Source of the DNA: Candidatus Poribacteria bacterium
GTDB taxonomy: Bacteria; Poribacteria; WGA-4E; WGA-3G
Direction: 5' to 3'
NCBI GenBank assembly: GCA_964291315.2
Contig: OZ219753.1
Span: 640,001-704,000, forward strand
Length of the DNA: 64,000 nt
Shown here piece after piece: positions 20,004 to 30,501 of the stretch. Position numbers and translations under genes: made by a program. The number at the start of each line of letters is the position of its first letter. Position 1 is the first letter of the stretch. The notes beneath the pieces were generated by a model. That model was not told where the DNA came from. It did not search any database and worked only from the letters and a program-made list of their open reading frames with translations.

Positions 20004-20956
20004 GTGAGTACGGATTTAAGCGTTTCTGTGTCCAAGTTCCCGCCGCTCATCACCATCACTACGCGTTTGCCTGCGAGTCTATCCGTGAGTTTATATGCTG
20101 CTGCGATGGGTGCCGCGCCCGCGCCTTCTGCCAGATTGTGCGTCCAGCGCACTGCTGAGCGAATACCGTCCTGCAGCTCGGCTTCACTGACGAGAACGAT
20201 ATCGTGAATGCCCTCTTGGATAATGGAGAGTGGCAACGGAAATGCGGAACGTGTTGCAAGGCCATCGGCAATTGTATCACATGAATCGGTTTCCACAGGT
20301 TCTCCGGCTTTCCAAGATCGGTAGATAGCTGGTGCGTTTTCTGCTTGCACGCCAATGACTTTAGTGCTCGGTTTAATCGCTTTCGAGACAGTAATAGCAC
20401 CGCAACACCCGCTCCCGCCTCCAATAGGTACGATAATTGCATCTACATCCGGAACACTTTCGAAGATCTCAATCGAATAGGTGCCGACCCCGTGAAACAG
20501 CGCTGGTTCCATACATGGATGAACGTAGTAAAGATCTCGCGCTGCTTGGAGTTTTTCGCACAATTCAAGGGCCTCGTCAAAATCCGATCCGTGTTCAATC
20601 AGCTCAGCCCCTAAGGCTTTCATCGCACAGTTCTTCTCGGGGTTGTTTCCATGGGGTACAACAACCGTTGCCTTGACATCGAACGCTGCTGCAGCGTAAG
20701 CAATAGATTGACCGTGGTTTCCACGGGTTGCTGTAATCACGCCTTTTTTGCGGTGGGCTTTCGGTAGATGACGCATGAAGTTCAGTCCACCTCGCACCTT
20801 AAAGCTCCCAGTCGGCAGATGATTTTCGTGTTTGATGTATGCTTGGAATCCAAGCCGTTTGGATAACTCAGGATAATGGATTACAGGTGTCTCTTTTAAA
20901 AAGCGCTCCATAACCTGTCTTGCGCTAACAATATTTTCAAATGTAACAGCTTTCAC
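19991..20956 (-). CDS. Threonine/serine dehydratase (PLP-dependent, no regulatory domain)
   Basis: KHEN..PTGSFKVRG, TRGNHG, PIGGG, SGGN. Confidence 0.92.
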   Translation of the reverse strand: MKAVTFENIVSARQVMERFLKETPVIHYPELSKRLGFQAYIKHENHLPTGSFKVRGGLNFMRHLPKAHRKKGVITATRGNHGQSIAYAAAAFDVKATVVVPHGNNPEKNCAMKALGAELIEHGSDFDEALELCEKLQAARDLYYVHPCMEPALFHGVGTYSIEIFESVPDVDAIIVPIGGGSGCCGAITVSKAIKPSTKVIGVQAENAPAIYRSWKAGEPVETDSCDTIADGLATRSAFPLPLSIIQEGIHDIVLVSEAELQDGIRSAVRWTHNLAEGAGAAPIAAAYKLTDRLAGKRVVMVMSGGNLDTETLKSVLTYQL

Positions 20957-21452
20957 ATGTTACTCCTTCGCCTTCCCCTGTAGGCGGTATTTCCAAAGTT
21001 TATAGGTGTCGGAAATCGGGGGGCACCTGCAGAAGAAATGCACACCGTAGAAAGTACAACACCAAAGAATAAACGTTTTTGAAATGATAGCTTGTCGACC
21101 TAGAAAGTCTTAATATAGTAGCATGCTTAAACGAGCATCTCAAAGTTAATCGCGGAGGAGCGAAGATCTATGACACAAGAGTGGCAGTCTATGCAATTAG
21201 AATCTGTGTTGGGAGATGCTCAGGAATATACCTGCAGCGTCGCCGAAATAAAAGAGAAAAGCTCTTTAAGGGAGCCACCTTTTGCTTTTGGTTCTGGTGA
21301 ACGAACGCTGACCTTCACTCCTTCATCGCCGCCGCGAGAATGTACTTGCAAGTTGGCAAGAAATGTGGTATCCTTTATTAACACGAGGTAATATAGAAAA
21401 GTAAGAAACTAAAATCCGTTTTCTGACGTTATAATTTAAAGGAATATACGCG

Positions 21453-21881
21453 ATGGACGCAAGAACGCTGTCTTTACCAATTAGTACGCTCGATTACAAA
21501 CAACCTGTTACCGTGCAAATCGGTTCTCCGGTTTCCGTTGCCATTGATATGATGCAGGAAGAAAGGAAAGGGTGTGTTCTCGTTGTTGATGCGGATGAAC
21601 AATTAGTTGGAATCATCACCGAACGTGACTTAATCCGTCACGTTAGCGGGCAGCGTGCTGCGCCCTCAGCATTTAAGGTTGAGCAGGTGATGACAGCGGA
21701 ACCGGAAACGCTCCGCGCTAGTGATCCGATTGCTTTTGCCCTAAACTTGATGCACCTAGGACATTTTCGACACTTACCTCTCTGCGTCTGGGACGACCAA
21801 GGTGAAGCGTATCCGATCGGTATAGTTTCAACCCGCGATATTCTCGAACATATCGCTATATTCATAGAAAATCAAGCGTGA
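21453..21881 (+). CDS. CBS domain pair protein
   Basis: LVGIITERDL, FRHLP, GIVSTRDI. Confidence 0.9.
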   Translation: MDARTLSLPISTLDYKQPVTVQIGSPVSVAIDMMQEERKGCVLVVDADEQLVGIITERDLIRHVSGQRAAPSAFKVEQVMTAEPETLRASDPIAFALNLMHLGHFRHLPLCVWDDQGEAYPIGIVSTRDILEHIAIFIENQA

Positions 21882-21890
21882 GGGGCAACT

Positions 21891-22424
21891 ATGCTTTATG
21901 ATTTAGCTATTAATGAAGAATTGGAGCAGATGGACCAAGAGGCTGCACTAAGGGCATGGGACGCGCGAGAAATTCAGGTGTCGCTCAAAAATCTGATGCG
22001 CCCTATTGTCACTGTCGACATCAATAGCAGTGTGAACGAGGCGATTGACTTACTCTTAGCAAAGAATGTCGGCGCAGCGCCTGTCGTAGAAGACGGTTAT
22101 CTATGTGGAATTTTCAGTGAGAGAGATGTCCTAAATAAAATTCTTAACAAACAGGTTGGAGATCTGGACCACGTGGGTGTTAGACACTTCATGATAGCGA
22201 ACCCCCAGACAGCGAAACCGGAAGATTCCTTGAACGCTGCGATTCTCTATATGGCGCGCGGCCACTACCGACATGTTCCTATTGTTGATGCAGCGAACCG
22301 GCCGATAGGCATGGTTTCGATTCGTGATGTTATCTCATATCTCGTCGAGGAATTTCCGCAAGAAGTTTTAGCACTTCCTCCGAGGCCCGTTCGAGATGCT
22401 ATGAAAGCCCGAGAAGGGGCCTAA
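21891..22424 (+). CDS. CBS domain pair protein
   Basis: GIFSERDV, YRHVPIVD, GMVSIRDV. Confidence 0.9.
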   Translation: MLYDLAINEELEQMDQEAALRAWDAREIQVSLKNLMRPIVTVDINSSVNEAIDLLLAKNVGAAPVVEDGYLCGIFSERDVLNKILNKQVGDLDHVGVRHFMIANPQTAKPEDSLNAAILYMARGHYRHVPIVDAANRPIGMVSIRDVISYLVEEFPQEVLALPPRPVRDAMKAREGA

Positions 22425-22495
22425 ATGTTTTAGTATCATATTGTGTAGAGGCGCTCACTTTTTAGAGATGTCTCTATCAGAAAAAGGAAGCTATT

Positions 22496-24355
22496 GTGAT
22501 GCGCAAGCCAGTAGAACAAATTGAGGAGGCGATTATCCTATTTGCTGGCGACTCGGGGGATGGGTCGCAGACCATTGGCACACAAATGACAGAAACGACT
22601 GCCCTCATAGGTAATGATGTCGCTACGCTACCGGATTATCCTGCTGAGATTCGCGCTCCCGCCGGGTCGCTAGCTGGGATCTCCGGGTTCCAACTCCGTT
22701 TCTCAAGTGAACAGATTCATACACCAGGAGATCTCTGTGATGTGCTTGTAGCGATGAACCCTGCAGCGTTAAAAGTCCATCTTCATAAACTTAAACCAAA
22801 CGGTATTCTTATTCTTAATCTTGATAACTTTGCAAGGCGCTCGCTGCGTCTCGCCGGATACGAGAACAATCCGCTTGAAGATGGCACACTCGCCAAGTAC
22901 CAGGTTTTCCGGGTCGAGCTCACACGTCTCACTCGCAAAGCTCTGGAAACAACAGACCTTTCCACACGAGAGATTGACCGGTGTAAAAACTTTTTCGCGC
23001 TCGGTATGATCTTATGGCTCTACAACCGTTCCCTGGAATATACAATGAAGTGGGTGAAGGCGAAGTTCGCCAATAGGCCTCAGTATATAGAAGGTAACGT
23101 TCTAGCTCTCCGCGCCGGCAATGCCTACTGTGAGGCCACTGAACAGTTTGCTGTTTCCTATGAGGTGAAACCCGCGCCCTTTGAACCTGGAACTTACCGG
23201 AACATCGAAGGGAACATGGCAACTGTGCTTGGCCTCATCGCAGCTTCACATCAATCGGGGCTTCCTCTCGTCTACGGAAGCTATCCTATAACCCCGGCGA
23301 GTGATATTCTACATGGACTCGCCCAATATCGGAATTTCGGGGTTGTAACGATGCAAATGGAAGATGAGATCGCTGCCGTTGGGGTCGCAATTGGTGCTGC
23401 GTTTAGTGGTTCACTCGGTGTAACCGGGAGTAGCGGTCCCGGGCTTGCCCTTAAGTCTGAAGCCATCAATCTTGCTATGATTGCAGAGTTGCCGCTTGTG
23501 GTGTGCAACATCCAGCGTGCAGGCCCCTCAACCGGAATGCCCACGAAGACAGAACAGTCCGATCTGTTGCAAATGTTTTACGGTAGGAATGGAGAATCGC
23601 CTATTCCGATCGTTGCGCCCTCTCGCCCGTCCGACTGTTTTGAGACTGTTTACGAAGCTTGCCGTATCGCGGTGAAGTATAGGACCCCGGTGATCTTCCT
23701 TTCAGATCTCTATATCGGTATGGGGGCTGAACCGTGGAAAATTCCGGATCTCTCTGAATTACCTGAAATTAAAGCGGATTTTGCACGACGCGAGCATGCC
23801 CATGGGAATGGATTTGAACCCTATCAGCGCGATCCGGAGACCTTAGCGCGGCCGTGGGCGAAACCTGGTACTCCCGGCTTAGAACACCGTATCGGCGGCT
23901 TAGAAAAGTCCGATATAACAGGTCATGTCAGTTATGATTCTGAGAACCACCAAAGGATGGTAGAAATCCGGGCAGAAAAAGTTGCGCGCATCGCTAGGGA
24001 TATGCCGTCGACAGAGATATTTGGTGCGCAGGAGGGCGACCTTCTACTTCTCGGATGGGGCGGTACTTACGGTACAATCCGAACCGCAGTAGAAGATTGC
24101 ATTGAAGACGGTCTCCCGGTTGCACACGTTCATCTTCGACACCTTAATCCTTTTCCCAAAGATTTAGCTGACATCCTAAATAGATTTACAAAAGTTCTAA
24201 TTCCCGAACTCAACAGTGGTCAGCTCCTCCAACTTATCCGTGCCACCTATCTTATCGATGCAATTGGGTTTAACAAGGTGCAGGGGCAACCTTTCCATGT
24301 TTTTGAGTTGCAGTCCAAAATTGCCGCGATATTTAAAGAATTAGGGCGCTTTTAG
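22496..24355 (+). CDS. korA: 2-oxoacid:ferredoxin oxidoreductase alpha subunit (fused gamma-alpha)
   Basis: AGDSGDG, YPAEIRAP, SYPITPAS, QMEDEIA, QRAGPSTGMPTKTEQ. Confidence 0.93.
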   Translation: MMRKPVEQIEEAIILFAGDSGDGSQTIGTQMTETTALIGNDVATLPDYPAEIRAPAGSLAGISGFQLRFSSEQIHTPGDLCDVLVAMNPAALKVHLHKLKPNGILILNLDNFARRSLRLAGYENNPLEDGTLAKYQVFRVELTRLTRKALETTDLSTREIDRCKNFFALGMILWLYNRSLEYTMKWVKAKFANRPQYIEGNVLALRAGNAYCEATEQFAVSYEVKPAPFEPGTYRNIEGNMATVLGLIAASHQSGLPLVYGSYPITPASDILHGLAQYRNFGVVTMQMEDEIAAVGVAIGAAFSGSLGVTGSSGPGLALKSEAINLAMIAELPLVVCNIQRAGPSTGMPTKTEQSDLLQMFYGRNGESPIPIVAPSRPSDCFETVYEACRIAVKYRTPVIFLSDLYIGMGAEPWKIPDLSELPEIKADFARREHAHGNGFEPYQRDPETLARPWAKPGTPGLEHRIGGLEKSDITGHVSYDSENHQRMVEIRAEKVARIARDMPSTEIFGAQEGDLLLLGWGGTYGTIRTAVEDCIEDGLPVAHVHLRHLNPFPKDLADILNRFTKVLIPELNSGQLLQLIRATYLIDAIGFNKVQGQPFHVFELQSKIAAIFKELGRF

Positions 24356-24486
24356 CCTTGTGTATCTAAAATGTTTCTTGCTGGCGCAGCATGCATGTGT
24401 TTGGAATTTCGAAACGATTTCCAATGTCGTCAGCTACGATAATATACCTTCTATTATCGGCTTTACTGTAAAAGGTGGTAAACATC

Positions 24487-25557
24487 ATGAAAAAAGAAAG
24501 AACCCTGCGCGCTAAAAGGAAAGGAACATCACACATTCCGGCTGGCATCCGCACCCTCTCAAAAAAGGATTTTGAATCCGACCAAGACACCCGCTGGTGC
24601 CCTGGTTGTGGTGACTATTCTATTCTTGCCCAGACACAACGGATTATGCCTGAACTCGGCGTTCCGCGTGAGAACATTGTATTTATCTCCGGTATTGGGT
24701 GTTCAAGTCGGTTCCCGTACTACATGAACACCTACGGTTTCCATACGATCCACGGTAGAGCGCCAACGATTGCCTCGGGTGTCAAGATGGCAAACCCGGC
24801 CCTATCTGTCTGGGTGATCACAGGGGATGGCGATGCCCTCTCAATAGGAGGTAACCACTTTATCCATTTGATGCGCCGTAATTTCGACATCAACATGTTG
24901 CTTTTCAACAACCGCATCTACGGACTTACCAAGGGCCAATATTCTCCGACTTCAGAGCAAGGAAAGCAGACGTACTCAACTCCGCTCGGCTCTCTGGAGG
25001 CCCCCTTCAATCCGATCAGTCTCGCCCTAGCTTCGGGTGCGACTTTTGTTGCCCGTTCGCTTGACCGAGATCCGGATCACTTGCGGACGGTTATTAAGTC
25101 AGCCTTTGAACATAAGGGCACTTCCTTCATTGAAATTTACCAGAATTGTAACATCTTTAACGATGGTACTTTCTTTCAATACACAGAAAAAGAGACGAAG
25201 GCTGACAATACGGTGTTCTTGGAGCACGGTGAACCGCTCGTTTTCGGGGCAGAGCGAAACAAAGGTATCCGATTGAACGGGTTCCAACCTGAAGTTGTGG
25301 AAACCACAAGAGGGCAGTATACCACGGATGACCTTATCGTTCACGACCGATATGCTGAAGACACCACCTTAGCAAACTTTCTTGCGGGTATGAGTGACAC
25401 ACCTAATATGCCGCATCCGATCGGCATTTTCCGCAGTGTCCGCCATCCCTGTTATGAAGATGAGATGGTCAACCAGGTTCACAGCACAAAGGAACGGATG
25501 GGTGAGGGAGATCTTGAGGCACTACTCAACGCTGGTGAAACTTGGACAGTGTCATAG
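24487..25557 (+). CDS. korB: 2-oxoacid:ferredoxin oxidoreductase beta subunit
   Basis: WCPGCGD, SGIGCSSR, HGRA, GDGD TPP motif, YGLTKGQYSPT. Confidence 0.93.
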   Translation: MKKERTLRAKRKGTSHIPAGIRTLSKKDFESDQDTRWCPGCGDYSILAQTQRIMPELGVPRENIVFISGIGCSSRFPYYMNTYGFHTIHGRAPTIASGVKMANPALSVWVITGDGDALSIGGNHFIHLMRRNFDINMLLFNNRIYGLTKGQYSPTSEQGKQTYSTPLGSLEAPFNPISLALASGATFVARSLDRDPDHLRTVIKSAFEHKGTSFIEIYQNCNIFNDGTFFQYTEKETKADNTVFLEHGEPLVFGAERNKGIRLNGFQPEVVETTRGQYTTDDLIVHDRYAEDTTLANFLAGMSDTPNMPHPIGIFRSVRHPCYEDEMVNQVHSTKERMGEGDLEALLNAGETWTVS

Positions 25558-25936
25558 CAAAAGTTGCGATTCAGCAGCCCCTCTGTAAGAGTCCTTGCTG
25601 ATTTTCGACTACAAATGATTGTGTCCATTTGTTTTGCTATCTGCCCCTTCGAAGCGCTTCTAAGACCTTTGAAACAAATAGAGGGATTCCGCTTTCTGCC
25701 GCGATGGGGTCCTGAACTAGCACATCCATTGGGATCCCGGCCGTACATTCAACTTTTAGTAGGACTAATTGAATCGGGAGCTGTAATACCTCAATAACAA
25801 TAGTCAGTTGTTGGTCCACCAAGGACAGGGAGGTTCATCGTTGTCTACAGAGCGGTGTAGGATGGCGGGTGTCACTTGGTGATTCAGAATCTGCGGCTGA
25901 GAAAGCGAGCTTACTTTATATCAAAGGTTACATTAT

Positions 25937-27265
25937 ATGAACAAACCCAATATAGTCTACATTCATTCACACGACACAGGGCGCTATGTTCAACCTTATG
26001 GACATGCGATTCCAACGTCGAACATACAAAAGCTGGCAGAAGAGGGGGTTGTCTTCCGAAGCGCCTTTTGTGCAAACCCTACTTGTTCGCCATCTCGCGC
26101 TGCTCTTCTCACCGGGCAATATGCGCATAGCTGCGGTATGGGGGGCTTAGCAAACCGCGGATGGAGCCTGCCTATTCCTGAGCATCTCATAACCTACACT
26201 TTGAATCGAGCAGGATACACCACAGCTTTGGCAGGATTCCAGCATGTCGTTCGGGATCTGAAAGAAACCGGGTATCAACGGCTTTTATCTGAAGGAACTG
26301 TTCGGGTAGGTGCGGAAGAACGCGCACGGAACTTCATCGCTGAGCAACACGATGCTCCCTTTTTTTTGGATGTGGGATTTAGTGAAACACATCGCCGCAG
26401 AAAAGGCTTCGATCCGCCTCCGGATGATGAACCGAAAACCGATCCTCGCTATGTGAAGCCGCCCGCTCCGTTCCCGGACACACTCGTCACACGGCAAGAT
26501 ATGGCGGAATACATAGACGCAGCCCGGACGCTGGATAGAAAAATGGCGGTGGTTTTTGATGCCCTTGAAGAAAACGGCCTCACCGAGAATACCGTAGTGA
26601 TATGTACAACGGATCATGGTCTCGCCTTCCCGCGTATGAAGTGTCACCTCAGCGATCACGGGATCGGTGTGATGTTGATTGTTCGCGGCCCCGGAGGTTT
26701 TAACGGTGGGCAAGTAGTGGATGGATTAGTCAGTCATGTTGACCTCTTCCCGACGATATGCGAATTGGCAGGGATTGAAGCACCCTCGAGACTCCAAGGC
26801 AACTCTCTGCTTCCACTAGTACGTGGAGAGGCGGACGACATTCGAGATGCTGTCTTTGCTGAAGTTAACTACCACTGCTGTTATGAACCGCAACGGGCTG
26901 TCCGCACCAAACGGTGGAAATATATCAAGCGGTATGATACCGCTGAAAAATGGGCACTACCGAATTGTGACGACAGTATCAGTAAAACATTTATGATGGA
27001 ACACGGTTGGGGTGATAAACCTGTTGAATTAGAAAGGTTGTACGATGTCGTGTTCGACCCATCAGAAGCACACAATCTTGCTGAGCACCCGGATTATGCA
27101 AACGTTTTAACGGAGATGCGTGAGCGTTTGGAACAGTGGCGTACTGAAACCGACGATCCGGTGAGTGAAGATCAGATTATGGTACCTCCGGAAACGGCTG
27201 TCCTAAACGATCCGACAGATATATCACCGAACGATAAGCACTATCCTGCACGCGAAATGGTATAG
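25937..27265 (+). CDS. Sulfatase (formylglycine-dependent, sulfamidase-like)
   Basis: PNIVYIHSHDTG, CSPSRAALLTG, TDHG. Confidence 0.93.
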   Translation: MNKPNIVYIHSHDTGRYVQPYGHAIPTSNIQKLAEEGVVFRSAFCANPTCSPSRAALLTGQYAHSCGMGGLANRGWSLPIPEHLITYTLNRAGYTTALAGFQHVVRDLKETGYQRLLSEGTVRVGAEERARNFIAEQHDAPFFLDVGFSETHRRRKGFDPPPDDEPKTDPRYVKPPAPFPDTLVTRQDMAEYIDAARTLDRKMAVVFDALEENGLTENTVVICTTDHGLAFPRMKCHLSDHGIGVMLIVRGPGGFNGGQVVDGLVSHVDLFPTICELAGIEAPSRLQGNSLLPLVRGEADDIRDAVFAEVNYHCCYEPQRAVRTKRWKYIKRYDTAEKWALPNCDDSISKTFMMEHGWGDKPVELERLYDVVFDPSEAHNLAEHPDYANVLTEMRERLEQWRTETDDPVSEDQIMVPPETAVLNDPTDISPNDKHYPAREMV

Positions 27266-27288
27266 CACTATGAGTCCCTATGTATGGT

Positions 27289-27316
27289 TTTGGCGAGGTT
27301 AGGAAACCTCGCCAAA
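27289..27316. terminator. Perfect 12-bp hairpin between convergent genes (terminator or REP-like element)
   Basis: TTTGGCGAGGTT-AGGA-AACCTCGCCAAA. Confidence 0.6.
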
Positions 27317-27414
27317 GCTAATGCGCATAAGTAATTCTTGGGCTTCCTATAATAAAATAGTTATAGGTTGGATTGAACTGTAGATGAATTCAATCAATTT
27401 GGGTATGACATGCA

Positions 27415-28050
27415 TCAAAGTTTATTTCCAGTCCACAGCACGCCTCGACGGATAACCGTCTGGAAATTCGGATTCTCAAGCACAGCCATGTCGTGACCTA
27501 ATGCGAAATAGAAAACCTTACCCTTGCCACACATATGGTGGAACGCCATAACATGCTTCTCATCCTTCGTCTCATCGTAGGCGTGCATCAAATAGTGAGA
27601 TGCAGTGGGGTCGTGCTTTAGATAGTACAGTTCGTCTCTGACCTTAAAATCAGTTAGTCCCTCCGTAATTGGATGGTTTGCATCACTCACAGTAACCGTG
27701 AAATCCATGTACGGGCTATGCCCGTTGAAGAACCCGTTGAGCATCCCGTGGTAGCCGTTGGATTCCCTAAACGAAGCAGCTGCAGTGTGCAACCCGAAGA
27801 ATCCGCCTCCTGTTTGGATATAGTCAAGTAGTCCTTTCTCTTGTGCTGCCGTGAGTTCCCCGATATCTGTGTAAAAAAGCACTGTGTTATATCCGATAAG
27901 TCGATTAACTAGCACGCTATAATCTTGTGAGAAATCGGCTTCAATATTGTCAGTATCGTTGAGCATTGATGTCAGGAACTGTCCGTTTCCGGTGTGATCA
28001 TGGTAAACACCTTCTGTCCCTACAAATATGAGCACTTTAAGTTTTTCCAT
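27415..28050 (-). CDS. ThuA-like domain protein
   Basis: GGGFFGLH, HPITEGL..F.V.DELY, GKGKVFYFALGH. Confidence 0.88.
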   Translation of the reverse strand: MEKLKVLIFVGTEGVYHDHTGNGQFLTSMLNDTDNIEADFSQDYSVLVNRLIGYNTVLFYTDIGELTAAQEKGLLDYIQTGGGFFGLHTAAASFRESNGYHGMLNGFFNGHSPYMDFTVTVSDANHPITEGLTDFKVRDELYYLKHDPTASHYLMHAYDETKDEKHVMAFHHMCGKGKVFYFALGHDMAVLENPNFQTVIRRGVLWTGNKL

Positions 28051-28060
28051 TCTACCTCCA

Positions 28061-29092
28061 CTAATAGTTAGGCATCACGAGAACTTTAACAGATCCGTAT
28101 TGATCACGTCCGGCAGCGACAGCAAAAGCTTCATTAATATCATCTAAGTTGAATCTGTGTGTAATTAGCAAATTCGGATCGAGTTTACCAGCTGCAAGCA
28201 GATCAATGGCAACTTGGAACTCCGTTTTCCCACCACGCCTCCCGTAACAGAAAGACCAGATCACCGTGAGTTCTCGACTTCGAGCAAATTGTTCTGTGAA
28301 GGTGAGGGGGGTACGGTGTCCGCCTACCATACAGATCTTACCACGTTTCGCGGAGATCTCCGTCGCTTGTTCTAGTGTATTTGCCGTGCCACCGACTGCC
28401 TCAAAGACAATATCTGCTCCTCTACCATCGCTCCAGCTCTGGATAGCTTCTGTAGCGTCTATTTTATCCACATTAATAGGCACAGCTCCGACGGCTTCAT
28501 GAGCAATTTGTAGCGGTCCATCTGGCTTTCCGATCATAGCGATAGAGGTTGCCCCTGCGACATCCGCCACTTGTGCGATTGTTAACCCGACCGGGCCACT
28601 ACCGATAATAGCGACGCGATCGCCCGGCGACACCCTTGCTCTGTTAACTGCGTGGACTGCCACAGCGTAGACTTCTACCAACGCGCCTCCAGCAACGGAA
28701 ATGCTCTCTGGCAAGAGATAGATATTTGGGGCTTGTGCTACCATAAACTCTGCGAAACCGCCACCGCCATGCCGCAAATTTCCACAGATGTTATAGTTGC
28801 CGTTGTAGCATTCTGGACAGTCGTTACATGGACTAATCGGTTCAACTGCTACATGCATCCCTTTTCTATAGCCAGTAACTCCCTTACCGCTATCAATAAT
28901 TTCTCCCATTAACTCATGCCCGCCAATGTGGGGCGATACGGATTGCTTGGGTTGGTGATGGTAGCCGTGGAGATCGCTGCCGCAGATCCCTGCGGCTTCT
29001 ACTTGGATGAGTACCTGTCCTTCTTCAGGGGTCGGATCTGGTACCGTTTCTACCCTTATATCTTTTCCACCATAAAATTGTGCAGCTTTCAC
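28061..29092 (-). CDS. Zinc-dependent alcohol/sugar dehydrogenase
   Basis: GICGSDLH, GHE, C..C.EC..G.YN.C, GSGPVG. Confidence 0.93.
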   Translation of the reverse strand: MKAAQFYGGKDIRVETVPDPTPEEGQVLIQVEAAGICGSDLHGYHHQPKQSVSPHIGGHELMGEIIDSGKGVTGYRKGMHVAVEPISPCNDCPECYNGNYNICGNLRHGGGGFAEFMVAQAPNIYLLPESISVAGGALVEVYAVAVHAVNRARVSPGDRVAIIGSGPVGLTIAQVADVAGATSIAMIGKPDGPLQIAHEAVGAVPINVDKIDATEAIQSWSDGRGADIVFEAVGGTANTLEQATEISAKRGKICMVGGHRTPLTFTEQFARSRELTVIWSFCYGRRGGKTEFQVAIDLLAAGKLDPNLLITHRFNLDDINEAFAVAAGRDQYGSVKVLVMPNY

Positions 29093-29125
29093 AATGCCCT
29101 CCTCAAAAGCCAGTCATCTGGTTGA

Positions 29126-29278
29126 AATATAACATAGTGCGTGAGTTGTGTCAATCGGTTTCTTTTTTAGGAGTCAATCACTCAATCTAAACCTCCGTCT
29201 TGCTTCCTTCATTTAATAGACGAGCGAAAATAACTACAATAGTTTTCGCTTGACTTTCAAAGGACAATGGGATAAAAT
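29126..29278. promoter_or_regulatory. Divergent sigma-70 promoters with an inverted repeat next to one -35 box
   Basis: Minus strand TTGACA-17-TATATT (29154 to 29126); plus strand TTGACT-17-TAAAAT (29250-29278); AGCGAAAA/TTTTCGCT repeat at 29223-29250. Confidence 0.65.
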
Positions 29279-29312
29279 TAAGAGGGAATATGGATATAAT
29301 AAGGAGCTAAAA

Positions 29313-30371
29313 ATGAGAACAGTTAAATTAGGCTTGATTGGAGCAGGTGGTATTGCCCAGGCACACTGCGGTGCCATCGCTGAAATTGATGGTGGAGAAA
29401 TAATTGCCGCCGCGGACCTTGTGCCAGCTAACCTTGAGCGTGCAAGTGAACGTTGGGGCATCAAACATACATTTTCTGACTACAACACAATGCTCAAAAT
29501 GGACGAGATTGAGGCGGTCTACGTCTGTACCCCAACGGGTGTACATGCACCCCCTACGGTTGCTGCACTCAATGCAGGTAAACATGTTTTCTGTGAGAAA
29601 CCGATGGAGGCAACCTTGGACGCTGCTGCTTCAATGTGGCGTGCAGCAATAGAAAACGATAAAATCCTGATGATCGGGCTTAAACTCCGATACTCACCAG
29701 AGGTCACTAAAGCAAAAAACATTGTTGATGCAGGCACCTTAGGTGACATATACTACGTTGAAACCGTTGCTGACCGCCGCCGCGGAAACCCCGGTGGGAG
29801 TTTTATCCGGAAATCAACAGCCGGTTTGGGGGCATCTGCCGACATAGGTGTTTATGCCTTAGATACTGCCCTCTATCTAATGGGACACCCGAAACCTGTC
29901 GCAGTATCCGGAATCACCTCTAATTATCTCAGCCTACATAACACATGGAACCCTGCCTTAAAAGAAACCGAAGTTGAAGATTTTGGTGTCGGTTGGGTTG
30001 TGTTTGAAAACGGAGCCCGCATGGTATTCAAAACATGCTGGTGCATGAACATGGATTCGCTTGGTGGAACGATTTTCCTCGGTAAAAAAGCAGGACTCCG
30101 TCTCGGCATCGGTGAAGTCCGAGGCCCAGAAGAAGGGGTCCGTGTCTACGGCGACAAGGACGGGGAGATATTCGACGAGGCGTTCACCGAGTTTGAATCA
30201 GTTGACGTATTCCGGGCGGAAGATACTGCGTTTGTAGATGCTGTTCGTGAAGGCAAATCTTCACCGATTGACCCGTACGGTGTGATGCTCACGAACGTTA
30301 TCATTCAAGGTGTCATCGATTCCTCAAATGCCGGCGGGCGCGAAGTCTCTGTCACTGTACCAAGTTTGTAA
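29313..30371 (+). CDS. Gfo/Idh/MocA family oxidoreductase
   Basis: GLIGAGGIA, GKHVFCEKP; AAGGAG before ATG 29313. Confidence 0.93.
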   Translation: MRTVKLGLIGAGGIAQAHCGAIAEIDGGEIIAAADLVPANLERASERWGIKHTFSDYNTMLKMDEIEAVYVCTPTGVHAPPTVAALNAGKHVFCEKPMEATLDAAASMWRAAIENDKILMIGLKLRYSPEVTKAKNIVDAGTLGDIYYVETVADRRRGNPGGSFIRKSTAGLGASADIGVYALDTALYLMGHPKPVAVSGITSNYLSLHNTWNPALKETEVEDFGVGWVVFENGARMVFKTCWCMNMDSLGGTIFLGKKAGLRLGIGEVRGPEEGVRVYGDKDGEIFDEAFTEFESVDVFRAEDTAFVDAVREGKSSPIDPYGVMLTNVIIQGVIDSSNAGGREVSVTVPSL

Positions 30372-30501
30372 TATTGATGGGTAGGGTTCTGGTGCTTTGT
30401 ACCTTACTTCCGAAAATGCCGGCGGGCGCGAAGTCTCTGTCACTGTACCAAGTTTGTAATATTGATGGGTAGGGTTCTGGTGCTTTGTACCTTACTTCCG
30501 A
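30326..30501. repeat. Perfect 88-bp tandem duplication spanning the 3' end of the Gfo/Idh/MocA gene
   Basis: 30326-30413 is identical to 30414-30501 (AAATGCCGGCGGG...TACTTCCGA). Confidence 0.95.

Noticed and set aside
21170-21391. 73-aa ORF with a GGAGG site upstream of the CBS genes
   Set aside because: No recognisable family; may be a remnant and overlaps the probable promoter region.
25560-25930. Several 60-90 aa ORFs between korB and the sulfatase
   Set aside because: They overlap on both strands with no motif or ribosome-binding support.
11724-30501. Direct repeats as possible CRISPR arrays or att sites
   Set aside because: Each has only two adjacent copies with no spacer, and no cas or integrase gene was seen.
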